This document shows positions 60,480-64,000 of a stretch of 64,000 bases of DNA, one piece after another. The translations under genes and the position numbers were made by a program. Each line of letters opens with the position of its first letter. Position 1 is the first letter of the stretch. Source of the DNA: Eledone cirrhosa (lineage: Eukaryota); the NCBI GenBank assembly GCA_964016885.1, contig OZ024743.1, positions 269,390,001-269,454,000 on the forward strand, given 5' to 3'. The notes under the pieces were generated by a model that was given only the letters and a program-made list of their open reading frames with translations, ran no database searches and was not told the DNA's origin.

Positions 60480-61995
60480 TTTCTAAGTAGGGACCGTGCC
60501 CTCTGCTTACGATCCTTATAGGCTTTCATGGTGAGTTATCTCCATTCCAAAGCCTGTATATGTTATGCATTTCGCTGGAAAGACTCTGAACATCTGAGTT
60601 GGTTTCATCAAACCAGTCTTGATGTTTTCGAATAGGAAATCCTAAGACGTCTACGGGGGCTGCATAGGTGGCATTTTTGGGTGCTTTCAAGGAGGCCTCA
60701 ATGTAATTAGAGTGAAAGGAATATTACATTTTGCAGAAAGTTCCAGCCTACTATTAGTGAATCCCAAAGCAACCACAGGAAAACTTACTGCGCAGCAGTG
60801 CATGAACCGAGAGACAGCTAGAAGATTGAAAAGAATGAGTGATTTTGAAATCTTTTTGGTCACGCCTGTGTGTGATGACATGTTTGATAGATATTTCCAA
60901 CTCTAGCATTGAAATCTCCCATTGTGACGAGCTTGTTTATGTATGGAACAGTGGAGGTCACTGTGTAAAGCTGATCATAAAATGTTACGATATCCTGCTC
61001 AGAGGAATAAAGAGTTGGGGCATAACAACTCACTAGTGTACAAAAGTGTTGTTTGTTAGATCCAGAGAAAGAGTCATGATACGGTCACTGACACATTTTG
61101 GTAATGATGTTAGAGATCTGGCAATATCAGATCTAATGATAGAACCATCACCAGATTGACGGTAGTCTTCTTCACTTCTTCCACATGAGAAGACTGCGAA
61201 CCCTTCTTCTACACCTTCCACATGGGACGTGCCGGAGAGTCGGGTATCGTACAGATATTAAGTGTACTGCAGATGAGAGCTGATCTTCGCTCCAGACTTG
61301 AAATGCTGTCCCAGAGTGTTCTAATATTTAAGGAACCAAAAGGTAAATTCTTTTTTTCTTTCGATCGCATATTTGGATAACCAGGCAACCGCGTTATCTG
61401 CCAGGTTAAAAGATTGAGCAAGCATTTGTTTAAGGCTCCTTTTACCGCCCATTCCCTGTGTAGGGAAAGCAGTGCTATGTCTAAAAAGAGAGCTTTGTCA
61501 CCATCAGAGGACACCAGGAGCACAAATTGTTCATATTTTGTGTATGAACGGCGATCAACTGATGATCGCCACTGTGTAGAGTTCCGGCTAAGGACTGCTT
61601 GGAATACCTTTTACTTGTCCTCATCACATGTTCTCTGTTATCAGTGGGCTTTGTGTTAATGGTGGGATCCCAAATAGACAGAAATAGTAGAGCTCTGGAT
61701 CTACCCATACAAATGAATTGATTGATAATGGTGAAGGCTTGTGATGGACCAGCCATGCATTTCGGAAATATTGATAAAAAAAGGATTGGTACAAAAGGTT
61801 GCCACGAACTCACAGACCTCATGTTTAGGATGGTCGTCAACTCTCAAGAGTTACCCTAGCCGTTGACAAGTGTTTTCAAATCAATCTAGTTACCAAGAAA
61901 GCTTGCAGGAATCACCGGTTTAGTCGCCGCCACCCCGATCATGTGACCGATTGTACTGGGCTACATGTTGCCAATACCACTCATGAGCAACCTGT
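60480..61995 (-). mobile_element. Decayed 5' part of an RTE-clade LINE (5' UTR + AP endonuclease)
   Basis: FGSLNIRTL..SLERRSALI and GRSEEDYRQSGDGSIIRSDI..SLPKCVSDRIMTLSL are typical of RTE APE domains. Many stops and frameshifts. Confidence 0.8.
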
Positions 61996-62013
61996 GTACA
62001 CACACACACACAC

Positions 62014-62175
<162 letters not shown>

Positions 62176-62489
62176 GAATGTATGTATAGTATATTTGGCA
62201 CTATACCGTATATTTAATTAAAAATATTTAGATGACCATACGCTATCTATTTTAAAGTAGTGACTATGTCACTTACTTCTTTTTGGCGAAAGAAGGGGGA
62301 GAAGCTGACAGTCTGTTTCACGCTGGTTGGCGTTCATCAGAGCCACGTACTCCCCTGCTTTCGCCGAAATATATATATATATATATATTTGCTCTACGGT
62401 TCTTATATATTTGATATATATTTAACCTTATCGAGCCCTCTTTGGATTTTAGTCTTCAAATTTATTATTATTACTATATATATATTTAT

Positions 62490-62880
62490 TATAAGAACAG
62501 ATTAACGTTTAAGCAAAGAATCGCTGCTTTCACCCTTAACGGGGTCTTCTGAAACTGAAAAAATCAATCTGTGGACACAGAAGTAAATATTTCGAAAAAA
62601 ACGTTACAACCGAAAGAAAACAGAAAGACGATATGTTTGTTCGTGAAGACGTTCCCTGGAAATGGACGGAAAAAAACCAAGGTTAATTACGTCGTTATGT
62701 GGAGCGATGAGAACGATTTCTTGCAAAGACAAAAACACATTTATGCTATAAAAAAATCATTAGACTAAAATTCTATTTCGAATAACCGAATGATTTCCAG
62801 CTCCGGAGTTTGAAAATAAAGTAAATAAAATTATTGTTATACTTTGGGAGGGTCATGTTGCTAATAAGAAACACACGCCC
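62490..62880 (-). mobile_element. Family H element copy
   Basis: Reverse complement of 15262-15630, extended by the aataagaaacacacgc segment shared with the 26733-26831 palindrome. Confidence 0.85.
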
Positions 62881-63199
62881 CAGTTGTTTCACTCCAATTT
62901 ATTATAAATTAAATTATAAATTTAAAAAATTTATAAATTTCCGGTTGGTTGGTTGGTTCCACAACCGGATGGTTGTTCATATATTGTCAAAGTTCTTTTG
63001 TCACACATTCTGTGACCTCATCATTATTAAACGAAAATGCCAGAGTTTATTAATAATAGTAAAGTAAGTAATGATTAGAACATTAAAGTATTGTCATAAG
63101 ATTTAGGCCGGTGCATAAGTATGCCCTTACGCATATATATATATACACATATACACACATACATGCACTAATACACATATATACGTACATGAGTTTCAC

Positions 63200-63390
63200 T
63201 TCAGTGGCAGTATCGGTAGAGTGTCGGACGCCATGCATTGACGCATAGAGTTACGGCCCTTGCCATTCTGGGTTCAATTCCCGCCGAGTTAACTTTGCCT
63301 TTCATCCTTACGGGGTCGATAAAATAAAGTACCAGTAATACACTGGGTAATTGCTGGCCTTGTGGCAAAAGTAGAAACAATTATTATTTG
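63200..63390 (+). mobile_element. tRNA-derived SINE copy
   Basis: B box ggttcaattcc. Body nearly identical to 8990-9100. Confidence 0.85.
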
Positions 63391-64000
63391 AGTAACTAAT
63401 CTATTCATCTGTGAGTTCAGTAATCGGGTAGTTGTTTAATTGTTAATTACAAAAGCTCTTTCGTCACACATCGTGTGACTTTCTCAATTAATATCCTTGC
63501 TTTTCTGTGTCTTCCCTTTATTCTAGTCCTATCCATACTATCTTGTCTTTTTGTGTGTGAAACAATCAAACAACCACCCGGTTACTCAGTGTATTGAATG
63601 CATTTTTGCACGTGTGTATATATGTGTCTGTATTTGTAGGTATTTGTGTGTGTGTGTGTGTGTGCCTGCGTGCGTGCGTCCACGTGTATGAATGTGGGAA
63701 TACGTAAAGGTTTTTGTGTGAGTGTGAATGTATGTGTACGGGAATATATGAATATTTGTGTTCTTGATATATGTGTGTCTATGTTTGTGTGTGTGCGTAT
63801 ATGGTGTGTGTGTATGTGTGTAAGGATGGGTTTGGAGGAACGAGCGTTCATGTGTGTGTGTGTGTGTATGTGTGTGAGTACATGAATATATGAGTCTATG
63901 AAAGTTTGTGTGTCTGAAAATGCGTGTATAACTGCGTGTGTTTGAGTGTATGTTAAAATGCATGTATGTGTGCGTCTGTACGTTTGTGTGTTAGAATATA

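Overview
This is a gene-poor, microsatellite-saturated eukaryotic window. The SINE, LINE and (TA)n/(CA)n content suggests a cephalopod such as Octopus (inference). No host protein-coding gene can be supported, and almost all listed ORFs are translated microsatellites. Recognisable coding remnants are all mobile elements: a nearly full-length Dong/R4-type restriction-endonuclease LINE with an in-frame RT deletion, a second R4-type 3' fragment, a decayed Tx1/L1-type LINE, RTE fragments, a mariner remnant and MITE, and a Penelope-type GIY-YIG C-terminus. The main discovery is non-coding. A 10.8-kb array of a 310-bp unit (45608-56392) carries a type I hammerhead ribozyme (HHR) in every unit, 35 in total, and flips orientation once. 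A second small array of the same family (28516-29977) has the same architecture. At least seven further short elements of unrelated sequence sit in (TA)n tracts and carry their own type I HHR fold, usually with tandem and/or inverted partial duplication; several have non-canonical cores (U3-A8, A4, U.U at 10.1/11.1, a 116-nt stem II). Together this looks like a diverse, (TA)n-targeting, Penelope-dependent retrozyme (circular ribozyme RNA) system. All ribozyme calls come from manual base-pairing and are untested.
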